This document shows, in pieces, positions 12,568-26,363 of a stretch of 64,000 nt of DNA; positions within the stretch are counted from its first letter, which is position 1; each line of letters starts with the position of its first letter. Origin of the DNA: Octopus vulgaris (lineage: Eukaryota); the NCBI GenBank assembly GCA_951406725.2, contig OX597815.1, positions 67,518,001 through 67,582,000 on the forward strand, read 5' to 3'. Made by a program: the position numbers and the translations under genes. Below the pieces are notes generated by a model, which ran no database searches, was not told the origin of the DNA, and saw nothing but the letters and a program-made list of their open reading frames with translations.

Positions 12568-13630
12568 ACAGGATGCGACAATTAAAATTCGCCTAGGTTC
12601 ACTGTTCCTGATAAACGTTTCAACAGCAATCACGTATTTTGCACTGGTTCAAATTTCCACAATGGTAATTGAAACAAAACCGTAAAATATTAGCTACGTA
12701 AAGAGTCGTTACCATCTGCTTAATTTCACTCGCACTACATAAATTGCCATGTTAAATATGAGATTTTTTTGCCGCAGCGTGCATTTGTGTGTGTATGTGA
12801 GAATGAATGGGTTGAATTGTATTGGTAATGATGTCGTTGTGTTGTTGATGGTGTAGCAGTAGTAGAAGTGTGTCATATAAAGGCCAATATGGCCAGTGAT
12901 GTTCGTGGTATCGGATGATAATTTCGGTCTTTCCGTAATGGAGGTCATGACGACCGTATAAATGACAGCGGCCATAGAGATGTTTGCGGTGGTGTGGTGT
13001 GTTTGGTAACACCATAGCTGGAATATGCCACTTTTAGTATATCGGTTATCTAAGGTTTCAATCGAGGATGTCTATTAATCAATCACTTCAGATTAATAAC
13101 CTGTGATTGCATACAACTGACACCTGCAGATGAAATTCACTCGATTTATGGAGGGAGAAGATCGAGGAAAACTTTGCTTTTTTTCTTCTATTTTCCTCTA
13201 TTTGCAGTTTGTCTCTTTTTTCTTTCTTGTTCTCCATTTCTCACTCCCTTTCATTCTCTTTCTCTTCCTTTCTTCCATTTCAATTCGCTGTCGATCCTTC
13301 ACTCTGTCTTTCATTTTCTATTTTTCTATTAGTTTTGCAGATTCTTCCTGAGTACATGCTATCGCTTCCCTTTCTCTCCCTCATTTTTTTCTATCTCCCG
13401 TTCTGTCTCCATTTCTCTCTTTCCCATTGTCTCTTGTTTGTACGTCACTCTGTCTCTTACCTTATCTTCATTTAAGTGTACCTATATATATAGTAAATTT
13501 CACAAAATATTTTATAATCACATACATAATTATAACAAGGGATCGGCTTTACGCCTCACCACGTACTGCAAGAAATAGACGCTAAGGTAGTAATAGGGTC
13601 TTTAACATGTAATTATGTATATAATTATAA

Positions 13631-13682
<52 letters not shown>

Positions 13683-13714
13683 GATATTTACTTTTATATG
13701 TATATATAAAGATA

Positions 13715-13746
<32 letters not shown>

Positions 13747-14007
13747 CTTACATATATATACATACATATATATATCCCAGTCTGTCTCTTTACCTGTCCA
13801 TTTGCCCCTATTTGTCTGTCTGCCTATCTGTCTGTCCGTCTGGCTCTCTTTGTCTGATCTGACTCTGTCAAATTGACAAATACAGAGGGAGAGATCGAGA
13901 GAGAGAAAGAAAGCTTATTTATCCCTGTATCTATCTATCTCTCTGTCTGTCTCTCTGTCTTTGTCTATTTAATTCTTTGTCTATTTATCTCCCTGTCTCT
14001 TTTATCC

Positions 14008-14186
<179 letters not shown>

Positions 14187-14779
14187 TGGTTCTACCTGTT
14201 TGCCCTCTCTTTTTCTCATTCACTTACATATATCCAGCTACAAACATATTTTACTCTTACCCTTTCCTATCTTTTCTTCTTCCTCCCGCTCTTTTCCATC
14301 TTCTTTCTCCCATCACTTCTCTCTCTTTCTATCGATTATTCACGCTATAGTAACAAAATACGGAGAAACTAAACAGTTGCAATAGAGACACGAATTCTGT
14401 CCTCCAGCATCTTCCCCGCATCTTTATTTCTAAATTAACTTCAACTGCAAAACAATGATAAATCGTCCAACGAAGATGCATCTCCGTTGAGACTACCACT
14501 GCTCTTATGTTATCTCTTCAACAGAGATGAACCCAGCAATGAGGTTGATATTGACAACAGAGCTGACCTCTCTATAGAGTCAATTTGATACACCAGAGAA
14601 AACCGACATCTGCAATGAGTTTCTCTTTTCCATAGATATGCATTTCTTCTCCCTAGCGATAAACATGACCTTAGCAACAGAAATGAGAACGATTCGCCAG
14701 TATTCCTTTCAAAGCTAGTAGAGACTAAAAATTAGCGGTTTCGTACTATTGTTTCTTACACTGAACCAGTCTTTTATTA

Positions 14780-14980
14780 TTTTTGTTGTTTACACTCATC
14801 GAGCGGCGGCCATGCTGGGACACCACCTTAAAGGGTTTAGTCGATCAAATCGATAATCTACTCCCATATTTATTTCGACGCCTTATTAATCTTCTTTTTT
14901 TTTCGAGTCTGGTACTTGTTCTATCGTTCTCTTTTTGCCGAATCGCTAGGTTAGAGGGATTAAACAATTCGACACTGGGT
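14780..14980 (-). mobile_element. SINE family B 3' fragment
   Basis: GCGGCCATGCTGGGACACCACCTT...TGGTACTTGTTCTATCG...TTTGCCGAATCGCTAGGTT matches the reverse of the family B 3' half. Confidence 0.7.
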
Positions 14981-15831
14981 GTTCATTTGTTAAATGTACC
15001 TATGCATTCCATGAATATGTGGAATACACAGTTACTTACATTGTAATTCAATGACGAAATAGTTCAGTTGACCAAACTACTGGAATGCTCACCGTCGAAA
15101 TTGACGAAGATCCATTTAGGAATAATTTCTCTCATGCACCTACTTTTAATTTCTCCCCAACCTCATGATTTACTTTTAAAATCCCTTCAATTCTCAAAGA
15201 AACTTGTGAGCTGTCTTTCACAATTTTCTTTTTACCTGCATTTTTCTTTTATAACTCCGAGTATTGCACGTCCTCTCTCTCACTCTCAGTCTTTCTGCTT
15301 CTGTCTTTCACTTTTACTTTTTCTCTCTTTCCACACATATCGTTCGTTTTTACCGTCTCTCTCTCTCCTCCAATCTCTCCATATTTCTACACCTGTATTC
15401 TTTTCATGTTCTCCCCCTCTCTCTCTCTCTCTCATTTATAATTAAATTCCTATTCTTTTTATTGCTCTCCTTCCTTCTCCCTCTCTCCCTCCCTCCTCCA
15501 CTCCCTCTATCTCCCCTCTCTTCTTCCTCTCACTCATTCACTGTACCTCAATATTTTTCTACCTCTACTCACAGACGATCACTTTTTATTTCTTCCTCTT
15601 CCTCTTCCTTCTCCCCTCCTCCCATTTTCCCTTCTCTCTCTTCCCCTCCTCCTTCTTCCCTCCGTCCCCTTCATCCGTCCTCCTCTGTCTGTAATGTATT
15701 TATAACAAATCATCTGTGTCATCTCAGTTTACGATTAGTTGTCACTGCACATCATCATCCTCATAGTCACCACCACCACCACAATGATGATGATAATAAT
15801 ACTAATACTACTACTACTAATAATAATAATG

Positions 15832-15907
<76 letters not shown>

Positions 15908-16456
15908 TTTTTGTGTATATTACTTTTACTTATCCCTAACATCTTTCCAAAATATGCTTGACGTTGGCGCTCAATATAGAATCGACAACTGTGTTCTATA
16001 GAATGGAATATGAAAAGCTATGACAACAACAACAAGAACAACAACAGCAGCGACAGCAGCAGCAGCAGTGACAACATGAAGAATAGAGATGATCACCAAG
16101 GAACCCAGCATGGAAACTATGAAGCTTAATAAAACGAAATTGCTGTCGATTGGGAAGCCAGGAGATGTTTTGAAAGAAATCTGTTGTGTGACATGGTTTT
16201 CACACAAGAACACAGGATGATTCTTGTAACGATGTCAACAGCATCGTCATCGTCATCCTCATCCTCCTCCTCCTCCTCCTCCTCCTCCTCCTCCTCCTCC
16301 AGAGCATTTTACTTCTCCTACTTTGCCTAATTATATTCATGATTGTCACCATTATCATCGTCGACGTCGTCGTCGTCGTCATGGTCGTCGTCATCGCTAT
16401 CGTTATTGTCGTCATCATAAGCACCATCACCATCCTCCTCCTCCTCCTCCTCCTCC

Positions 16457-16498
<42 letters not shown>

Positions 16499-16774
16499 AG
16501 AACAATGATAGTTGCATAAACGAAAACAGTGATCAAAAGTCGGCAACAATAGAAGCGTTATTATCTACAGAAATAACCATTAGTTATCAATATTGATCGT
16601 AAAAGTTAGATTGGAATAATACAGCAGACAGTAACAATAATAACTGTGATATTACAGTGTGCGTGCATGCGCGCGCTCGTGTGTGTGTGTGTGTGTGTGT
16701 GTGTAAGTACGTATATAATATAATATATATTTATGTGTGCAAGCACAAAAACTGAAATACACGCACACATATAC

Positions 16775-16820
<46 letters not shown>

Positions 16821-16978
16821 ATATATATATATATGCATATATATATATATACATACATATATATACACACATACATATATAGCATATATATATATAAACA
16901 TACATATATATATACACATATATATATATATGTATATGTATATATATATATATGTATAAAGAGTATAAATTGTGTGAA

Positions 16979-17028
<50 letters not shown>

Positions 17029-17162
17029 TTCACACAATTTATACTCTTTCAAGAATGGTAATACATTTCTGTACTCTACAAAAAGTATTGCGTAATTCTT
17101 CAGTTTAATGTTAAATTGTTTTTGTATATAAGTCAACACAGAATCCTGCACACCCACACACA

Positions 17163-17214
<52 letters not shown>

Positions 17215-17585
17215 GACACACACTCACACACACAAAAACACACACACACACACGCAGACACACACTCACACACACAAAAACACACACACACTCACAATGT
17301 CAGCAGAAGATCGTTGTGGCGTGAAATTCAAGTCGAACGGTAAAAATTCAGTTTCAATAAATCTTATACACTGCTAATTGTAATGGACATTTCCCCACAA
17401 GTAATGTGACACAATTCAGCGATCGGATGTATGTATGTATGTATGTATGTATGTATGTATGTATGTATGTATGTATGTATGTATGTATGTATGAATGTAT
17501 GTATGTATGTATGTATGTATGTTTGTTTGTATGTATGTATGTATGTATGTATGTATGTATGTATGTATGTATGTATGTATGTGTG

Positions 17586-17718
17586 TTTGTGTTCCTTTCT
17601 GTGGAAGAGCGTAGGCTCGAAATGTTAGACTTTTTCACTTCCCGAGCGTTAAACTAATACATCTCTTTGTTGTCTACACCTGTCTTCATCTTTTGCTTTT
17701 CTTTTTTGTGAATTCTCC

Positions 17719-17722
<4 letters not shown>
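17586..17722 (+). mobile_element. Short repeat with hammerhead-like fold (probable Penelope-type terminal repeat fragment)
   Basis: Homologous to 43211-43350: CTTTCTGT.GAAGAGCGTAGGCTCGAAA.GT...GAGCG.TA.ACTAATACAT; lies between (TATG)n and (CA)n. Confidence 0.55.
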
Positions 17723-17782
<60 letters not shown>

Positions 17783-17871
17783 TTAACATGTATACTTATC
17801 GCAACCGTTCGATGAACGAGATCACGAAACCGTGATAGTTTTGAAGCGTTAATAAAAACTATATGTTTGTG

Positions 17872-17919
<48 letters not shown>

Positions 17920-18196
17920 TTAATAAGGGTGAGAGAATTAGATACTAATTTAATAGTATACCTATTCGACACCAAGTGGCCCAGTGCCCCGAGAAACCTG
18001 GATTATTATAATATTTTATAATATATTATAATATTTTATACAAAATAAATATAAGAGAGTGGTCACTATGTGGCTCACTCTAGCACTAGTAAATCCAAAA
18101 GGTTTCAACCACAAAAATACATGTTTCCCATGAAAGTCAGTACGATTGTTAGCTCACACGAATAGGGCAAATAAAAAATTACAAAAATACAGATTA

Positions 18197-18277
18197 TTTT
18201 GGGACAATTGTTTCGCTATTAATGAATCAAATGTAATTTTACACACAAAAAACTCACTTGTAGCTCCTCAGCCAAAA
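18197..18277 (-). ncRNA. Type I hammerhead ribozyme (mirror copy in left arm)
   Basis: Reverse complement of 18483-18563. Confidence 0.75.
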
Positions 18278-18482
18278 CTATCTGGATGAAATCCACTCAA
18301 TCACACGCCAGATTTTACCATAACGATAAATACACGTGTGGTTCAATTGATTACATCCGACGTTATAATTCAAATGGTAGGGGCATTTGAATTATAACGT
18401 CGGATGTAATCAATTGAACCACACGTGTATTTATCGTTATGGTAAAATCTGGCGTGTGATTGAGTGGATTTCATCCAGATAG

Positions 18483-18563
18483 TTTTGGCTGAGGAGCTAC
18501 AAGTGAGTTTTTTGTGTGTAAAATTACATTTGATTCATTAATAGCGAAACAATTGTCCCAAAA
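18483..18563 (+). ncRNA. Type I hammerhead ribozyme with canonical core
   Basis: Stem I TTTTGG/CCAAAA; CTGAGGA 18489-18495; stem II GCTA/TAGC (extendable); GAAA 18546-18549; palindromic stem III ACAATTGT; predicted GUC cleavage after 18557. Confidence 0.78.
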
Positions 18564-18712
18564 TAATCTGTATTTTTGTTATTTTTTATTTGCCCTGTTC
18601 GTGTGAGCTAACAATCGTACTGACTTTCATGGGAAACATGTATTTTTGTGGTTGAAACCTTTTGGATTTACTAGTGCTAGAGTGAGCCACATAGTGACCA
18701 CTCTCTTATATT

Positions 18713-18765
<53 letters not shown>

Positions 18766-18788
18766 CATACATACATACATACATATAC

Positions 18789-18833
<45 letters not shown>

Positions 18834-18907
18834 TGTGTGTGTGTTTATATTTGAGTGTGTATGTTTATATATATATATATATGTTTGTATGTGTATTTAT
18901 GTAAGTG

Positions 18908-19060
18908 TAGGAGCGTAGTAAGATGCTTGCTTCCCAATTACATGGTTCTGGGTTCAGTGTCACAGAGGTGGCACTTTGAGCAGTGTTTTATACTATAGCC
19001 TCGGGCCGACTAAAGCCTTGTGAGTGGATTTGGTAGAGGGAAACTGAAAGAAGCTCTTCG

Positions 19061-19061
<1 letters not shown>
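18908..19061 (+). mobile_element. SINE family B 5' half
   Basis: GCTTGCTTCCCAATTACATGGTTCTGGGTTCAG...CTATAGCCTCGGGCCGACTAAAGCCTTGTGAGTGGATTTGGTAGA. Confidence 0.8.
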
Positions 19062-19128
<67 letters not shown>

Positions 19129-19835
19129 CGTGCGTGTGTGTGTGTGTGTGTGCGTGTGTGTGTAGCAGTAGCAGCAATAATTGTAGTAGTAGCAAGTAGC
19201 AGCAGTTTTAAAAGTTTGGACAAACAAGGAACTTAATAACTCTTAAAAGTACTTTGTTACCGTATTTCTGTTTCAATTTATTTTGAAAAGGGTGAAGAAT
19301 TTTAGTAAAATGACTTTGTAAATATGAAACTGTTTGGAATATAACATGTAATTTTGATGGCAGGTTTACTTTAAAACAGGACATTGGCATCATAGGACAA
19401 GGCGTACTCAGGTAGGTTGGTATCAAAGGGTTTAGATAAGAAGTGCAAATAGCAAATCACAAAGTTACTGGCGTAGGGGAAACTACGAGAACGAGGAGTT
19501 GTCTGTCAACTGTAACTTTGTATTTAACCTACAGACTTCATATCGCAGCATGAACTGACAACATGAAAGGTTATAAATGTCTTTCTCTGGAAATATCAGG
19601 AGTCACTGGAATGGTGTGCTTCAGTAAAGTCAATAAGCAGTATGACCACAATGCAGAATAATTAAACGGAGTGATTGTAGTTTAAAGGTCTCTCCTAAAA
19701 TCAACGAAACATTCCTGACAGTTGCTACAAAATCACTAAATGAGAAAATCACATGATAATCATTTGGTAATCAATTGAGGAAATATTGACCAGACAAAGA
19801 ATATCGTAAATATCAATGACTCGCCCTCTCTCTCT

Positions 19836-19885
<50 letters not shown>

Positions 19886-20996
19886 CCAATGAAGATTGCT
19901 AACACATTTTTCAGAATTTCGGAATGTTCATACAGTAGTGTTGCTATTATTTAAGAATCGTGCATGCAATTATGTTGCTAATTTGTTACTATCTGTCATA
20001 ATAAGGTACATAATAAATAGAAATGTCAAAGCTGTCCTCATATTATAAAATTACACATGAAAACACCTTGCAGTTCCAGTGTGTTTGGGAGAATAGACGG
20101 AATACTTCCCATTCAGCAATAAAATTGACAGGATCTATGTTAGCCGATGAGACAATGACGAGGTCTTATGGTCAATAGGCCAAACAAGTTTTCAGTGTCA
20201 CTTTGTATCCCTCAAACAACACCCACATTAAAAGAAGAATTTAAGTATATTCAATAAAAAAGTGATAATATATTATTGTCAATGTTTTATTGGCAATAAT
20301 GCATTGTCAATGATAAAATAACATATTGAGTGTAGAAGAACTTCTGTATAAAATTCTGAATATAGAGTTATTCTTGGTGTAGCTGGACAAACATACTTCC
20401 AAGAGTAGCCGGACAAACCTACTTAGAGAAGAAACACCCTTTCTATTTAGAGAAACTTAGGTGTGGTTACTTTGTCACCTGTTGTGTCTGTAATAAAGCA
20501 TCACAATCCACTAAAAATGATAAGCCTTTGCTGCAATTCAAGGATAGGAGTTAGTTTTTAAATAACTGATCAGTAACAGATATGAACATGCCTCTGAAGC
20601 TTTACGGTGTGACAGAAAATGACGATTGCACTGTACCAGTATAGAAGATCACATCCACATAAACGATAGATGTCTAGAAAATTTACTACTACTCATGAGA
20701 CATGCCATACCGCAAAAAAAGAGGGAATTTACAATGCTGTCCATAACAAAGATTATCTAATGGTCATATGAAAGGTGCATCAGCGCCAGAATGTATGAAA
20801 ATCTTCAAAAACGAAGAATATTGGTGGAAATTTCGAATGAGAACAAGAATCCGATACAAACACTGAAGACCTGATAGTGTTCTGTGGGTCAAGGAAGCAC
20901 TCATCTTACTTGCTATAACTAAGGCTTCCATTAAAGGTATCGTGAGTTACACTTTGTAACACGCACACACACACACACGCACGCACGCATACGCAA

Positions 20997-21069
<73 letters not shown>

Positions 21070-21084
21070 TATATACATACATAA

Positions 21085-21930
21085 TTCGATCAATAAGTAA
21101 ATGAACTTTTGCCTTGTTACGAAGCTAAAGCACGCAGAGTGAAACCGCGTGGCACAGATTGACCTTGAACTCTGCTGTGCATGCGCACTAAGTTTTAACA
21201 TTCTACCTCACACCCGCTGTTTACAGCAGTGCTTGGAAAGAATGTGTGTGATCGTCGCATTGACCTTGACAGAAAGTTGAGCAGAGAATTGCATCAAATT
21301 TTGCCAAAAGCTTGGCGATACCTGCTCAGAGGCCTACGCAAAGTTTTCAAAAAAGTTCTCTTCGTTTTCAACACAACCAAGGAGATCTCTTGCAACTGAA
21401 ACCCGAGTGTCTTTTTGGTCAGCTGAAAGTTTTGGCACAAACTCGACAGACACGTGATTCATACCCAAATTTTCAGTAATGGACAGACTGAACCGTAACA
21501 AATCTGCCTGGTGATTCGATGATTTCCTCTCACAGCTGCTCGTACATCTGTGATGTTTTTCTCAGTTCTGCTAGTTGCGGATCTCTCAGAACGTTCGTCA
21601 ATATCGGCATTTTTCGGCCATCTTGGGAACGTCTGAACCACGCGTACACTTGTGTGCGGCTCATACACTTCTCTCCATAAACTTTCTGCAACTTTGCGTA
21701 GGCTCCTGAGCAGGTATTACCATGACAATTTTCTCTGTCGTGGTCAATACGACGATCACACGTTACACAGAATAATTCGAAGCACTGCTATAAACAGCGA
21801 AAGTGAGCTAGAACGTTCATACTTAGTGTGCCTGTAGAGCAAAGTTCAAAGTCAATATGTGCCAAGTGGCTTCACTCGGCGTACTTTAGCTTCGTTACTA
21901 CAGCGACAGTCCGGATACTTATTGATCAGA
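21085..21930. mobile_element. Fold-back element made of two inverted mariner 5' ends with N-terminal transposase remnants
   Basis: 21085-21355 is a diverged reverse complement of 21680-21930 (GATCAATAAGTA/TACTTATTGATC); + strand encodes IKFCQKLGDTCSEAYAK; - strand encodes DERSERSATSRTEKNITDVRAAVRGNHRIT (mariner HTH region). Confidence 0.8.
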
Positions 21931-22341
21931 CTTTGTGTTTGTGTATGTGTATATACACATACGTACACACTCACACACACACACACGCGTGCGCACACGC
22001 AGATGTATTTGTGTGTGTACTCATGTTGGCATAACATATATTACTTCCAACAAAATGTATTTTTCAGCTTGTCCATTTATTTTCCGTACTACTTGGTGCA
22101 TTTCAATTACCCAAAGATTAATATATATGTTGTAACACCACCACCACCACCACCAGTACTACCACCACTACCAGCACTACACACACATACGCACACAGAC
22201 TTACACACACATATACACACACATTTACACATGCGAGCGCGCACAAATATGCATACATACATATATGTATCGGTGTGCGTGCACGTTGAACATTGGTGGG
22301 CGAGGTAAGTAGACATGTTTTCTGGAATACACACTAGTCTC

Positions 22342-22403
<62 letters not shown>

Positions 22404-23920
22404 CAAAGATATACCCCGCGTTGCCCAAGTTAAAGAGCATAATGAAATTAAAAACCCGTCTAGATTACGTAGGTCCCAACTGCTAGTAACTGAGATACCA
22501 ACCTCCTACATTAATAACTCTCCAACTCATGCCAGCATGGAACATAGACGTTAAGTGAAATGTTAAAAGAAAGTTTTCAACTTATATATAGTAAATACAC
22601 GTAATTCAAAAACACGTTTTGTGTAGCTTATTTCGTAACCAAAAACTGTGTACAGATTATAAACAATGAAAGGCCGATTTTGGTGATTTATATGACAGAG
22701 GTAGTAGAGAGACAATCCGATGATAAATCTGACCTTGAATCTTGAAAGTTTGCATGAATCCTGGCTCAGTTAAATCTCTTGTGGCTTCAAAGGATGTCAT
22801 CTGTAGTGCAGCGTTGCATTTTCTGATTATGTTTTGGATGTGGTTGGAATCTTAGTCAGTTGGTGATAACAGTTTCTTTAATGACTCTGGAAATTGGGGG
22901 GTTGCAGGGAGCTTAACCTTTCCACCATTGCAGCGTAGTGCAGGTGTCTCTCTAGGCCACTTCATTGCTTTACAATGTATGCACTCAGTTGTCATCTACA
23001 TAAAGAACAGCTGGATTGAAAGCTGTTTCATAGAAGTTGCTTCAGTGAGCTGCTGCAGCTGCTCTTCGTTCTGCAGTGGAGATCCTATTCCTTGTCAGCC
23101 GTGCATACCTATGTTCACCCCTTTGAGATGCTCTGCCTTTCCCTGCACAGAGAATTCTTTTGGCTGACCTTGACATTGTAGACAAATTTGACACTTTTCT
23201 TCTAAGCATGGTTATATACGTATACAGAAATACACGGGTACAGAAGATAGAAATCAAGGAAAGTAACTGAGTAACGGAAATTATATTTCTTAATACGACG
23301 GGCAGAAAGTAAATAAGAAATGTTTACGGAAAATAAAGAACTGTACGGTTTGAAGCGAAATTTGTCAATTAGTGAAACACAGAGCCAGTATCGAAGGAAT
23401 CAGAAAAAAAGCCGTTAACAACAGAAAAACACAAAATCTTTGCAAAAGCAAATAAGAACTTTTTAGGGAAATTTATTAAGTGTACGGATTTAAGTGAAAT
23501 TTTTGAAGTTACTTCTGTCAGTAAATTATGAACTTACTTTTATCAGTAATTCTGTCAACAAAAAAAGAAACAAAAACAAGAAAAAACATGAAACGTTGCA
23601 AAGGCAAATAAGAAATTTGTAGGCAAATTTAACGAACTGTGCAAATTGAAATGAAATTTATGAAGTTACTTCTGTCAATAAATTATGTATGAAATTACTT
23701 TCATCATTAATTGTGAACTTCTTCTTGTCAGTAATTTGACGTTGTTGTTTGTAAATAGCGATTGAATACTTACAGTGAAAACAATAGTGATTGAACTTAA
23801 AGTGAAAACAGTAGACAGTGAGTGGAGTGAGATATAGGGAGAGCTAACTATAAGACAACTAATCCATATTGGCATATATGTTATTACAATGGACGCATGA
23901 TTTAGAGAGAGAATTTTACA
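22404..23920 (-). mobile_element. Helitron remnant with RepHel N-terminal pseudogene fragment and internal ~150-bp tandem repeats
   Basis: - strand ~22700-22980 translates CKAMKWPRETPALRCNGGKVKLP and IRKCNAALQMTSFEATRDLTEPGFMQTFKIQGQIYHRI; decayed GC hairpin at ~22413-22430 resembles the Helitron end at 27833-27860; repeats at ~23310, 23445 and 23600. Confidence 0.75.
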
Positions 23921-23995
23921 TGCACAAGCATCTATCTATCTAATTATGCATCTGTCTACCTGTCTACCTCTCTGTCTATCTATCTTATATATCTA

Positions 23996-24149
<154 letters not shown>

Positions 24150-24226
24150 TCAAATATCAGTTAGAAGTAGCGCTAGTGTTGTGAACATTATCGACCACAC
24201 ATACTCAAAGTATGTGTCTTGCTTAA

Positions 24227-24378
24227 GGCGGCGAGCTAGCAGAAACGTTAGCACACCGGGCGAAATACTTAGCGGTATTTCGTCTGCCGTTAAGTTCTGA
24301 CTTCAAATTCCGCCCAGATAGATTAAGTACTAGTTGCGTATTGGAGTCGATCTAATCGACTGGCCCTCTCCACAAATG
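24227..24378 (+). mobile_element. SINE family A, internally deleted
   Basis: GGCGGCGAGCTAGCAGAAACGTTAGC...TTCAAATTCCGCC...AAGTACTAGTTGCG. Confidence 0.8.
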
Positions 24379-24704
24379 TATGTGCTTCTCTTGGTTACCG
24401 ATGACCGCTATTCAGCCAACAAACGAACAAGCAAAGCACATACATAGCATATGTGTGGCCGATGGTGTTTATACATACATACATGTGAGTGTGTGTGTGT
24501 GTGCGCGCACGCGCGCGCGTGCACGCTCGCGTGTGTTTGTGTGTGTGTACAAATCAGCGCCAAGCAGTGTTTAGGTATAAGCGAACTTCAAGTTAGATCA
24601 TGTTTGTGACATATTTCAACTTATAAATACGAATTCGCTCCAGTTACTGTGGAGAAAATATTCACTCTCATGACACAAGGTGAAAGAACATGAAACATAT
24701 ATGC

Positions 24705-24739
<35 letters not shown>

Positions 24740-24921
24740 CACACACATACATACACGCAAACGCAGATACACACACACGCACACACAAACACATACAGCT
24801 ACACACATGTATATACGTAATATATAAATACATGCACATATATAATATTAAATATATATCGTATACATATTTATATGTAGTATAAAATGTATCTACATTG
24901 GCAAATGTATATATATGTGTA

Positions 24922-24967
<46 letters not shown>

Positions 24968-25289
24968 CGTGCGTGTGTCTGTGTGTGAGTGTAAATATGT
25001 GTGTGTATACGCGTATGTGAGTATGCATTTAGCTGTACATGTATTCTTATACGAAAAGCCTTTCATGTAGTAAACATCCGGTGTAAGTTGTGGAAGGAAA
25101 AAATAAAGAGCACAGAAATTTAGAGAAAAAAAACGCGACAAAAGAGAGCAAATATGAGTTTTGTGCATGTGTGTATGTGTATGTGTATGTGCGCGCGCGT
25201 GTTTACATTTCTATGCATAATAAACATACATGCATATAAGCATTCATATATATTCAAAGACAGATAGACAGGCAGACAGACAGACAGAC

Positions 25290-25354
<65 letters not shown>

Positions 25355-26323
25355 TACATGCATACAAATGTAGGTATGTATGTACATGTGTGTCTGAGGG
25401 TGTGTATACAATGAATGTGCGTCTGTGAGTTTAAATGACAGAAAACAATATTTTTATACACCAGATAAAGAAAACAATATACTACACAGAGAGAAAAAAA
25501 AATCACAGCATCTCCACACACACAAACACACACCACACCATACCACATCACACAAAACAATATATTGAAAACAATTTCAGATCAAAGATAAATATCGTAT
25601 CTGGTATGTTATATCCTTCTTAAAGACTGGGTAAACACTGCTACGTATCCGGTCGCAATAACCAATGCTATAACGGTTTTGCTGTTACAATAGAAGGATA
25701 TTAAGTGGAGACAGCTAGAAGGCTCTCAAAAGAGGACTTTTGTTCTTCATAAATGGTTGAGAATCACGTAACTTCAAGTAAAATCTTGGAATCTTAATTC
25801 TCGAATATTTTAATGTGAAAAAGAAGCAACAAAAAATATATTTTAACATATTTATACAAACCTCGTTTAATTTTTTTGTTAAGGGTTGTTCCTGTTATTG
25901 ATGATATATATTTCTTTATGTTTTTAATAATTATTTTATTAGCTTAAGATAAGAGTCGTATGTGCGAAAGTTATTTGTGTGTCGGAAGCGATAATTTTTA
26001 AATACAAATTAATGACCAAAAAATGATGAGGTAACCCATAGTAAATTTCTCTCCGTAATTTACAAAGCTTTTAGGGTTTGTTCACAAATATTATATGCAG
26101 TATTAGACAGTTTAAGCATATATTAACTAAATTTGGTTAAAATTGATGGATGAACGTTTGGACAAATCGGATTCGCAAGGAGCCATGTTAGCGTTGACTT
26201 GTGGGTTCCATTCGGAGATTAAAATATTATCATGATATATTATTATACAGGTATCATTATACTATGTTTCTTCCTTAGTAGCTTTCTCTCCGTAGCTTAG
26301 AAAGCCTTTCGGGTTTGCTTACA

Positions 26324-26339
<16 letters not shown>

Positions 26340-26363
<24 letters not shown>

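Larger units (their letters stand above)
18042..18718. repeat. Near-perfect inverted repeat: 335-bp arms (18042-18376, 18384-18718), 7-nt spacer GTAGGGG
   Basis: Arms are reverse complements with only two mismatches seen by eye. Confidence 0.95.

Noticed and set aside
16240-16500. Poly-D/E, poly-H and poly-R ORFs
   Set aside because: Compound (TCC)/(TCA)/(TCG) microsatellite open in many frames
23300-23720. Spaced repeats as a possible CRISPR-like array
   Set aside because: Long, degenerate units inside a Helitron in eukaryotic DNA; no cas genes or constant repeat-spacer pattern
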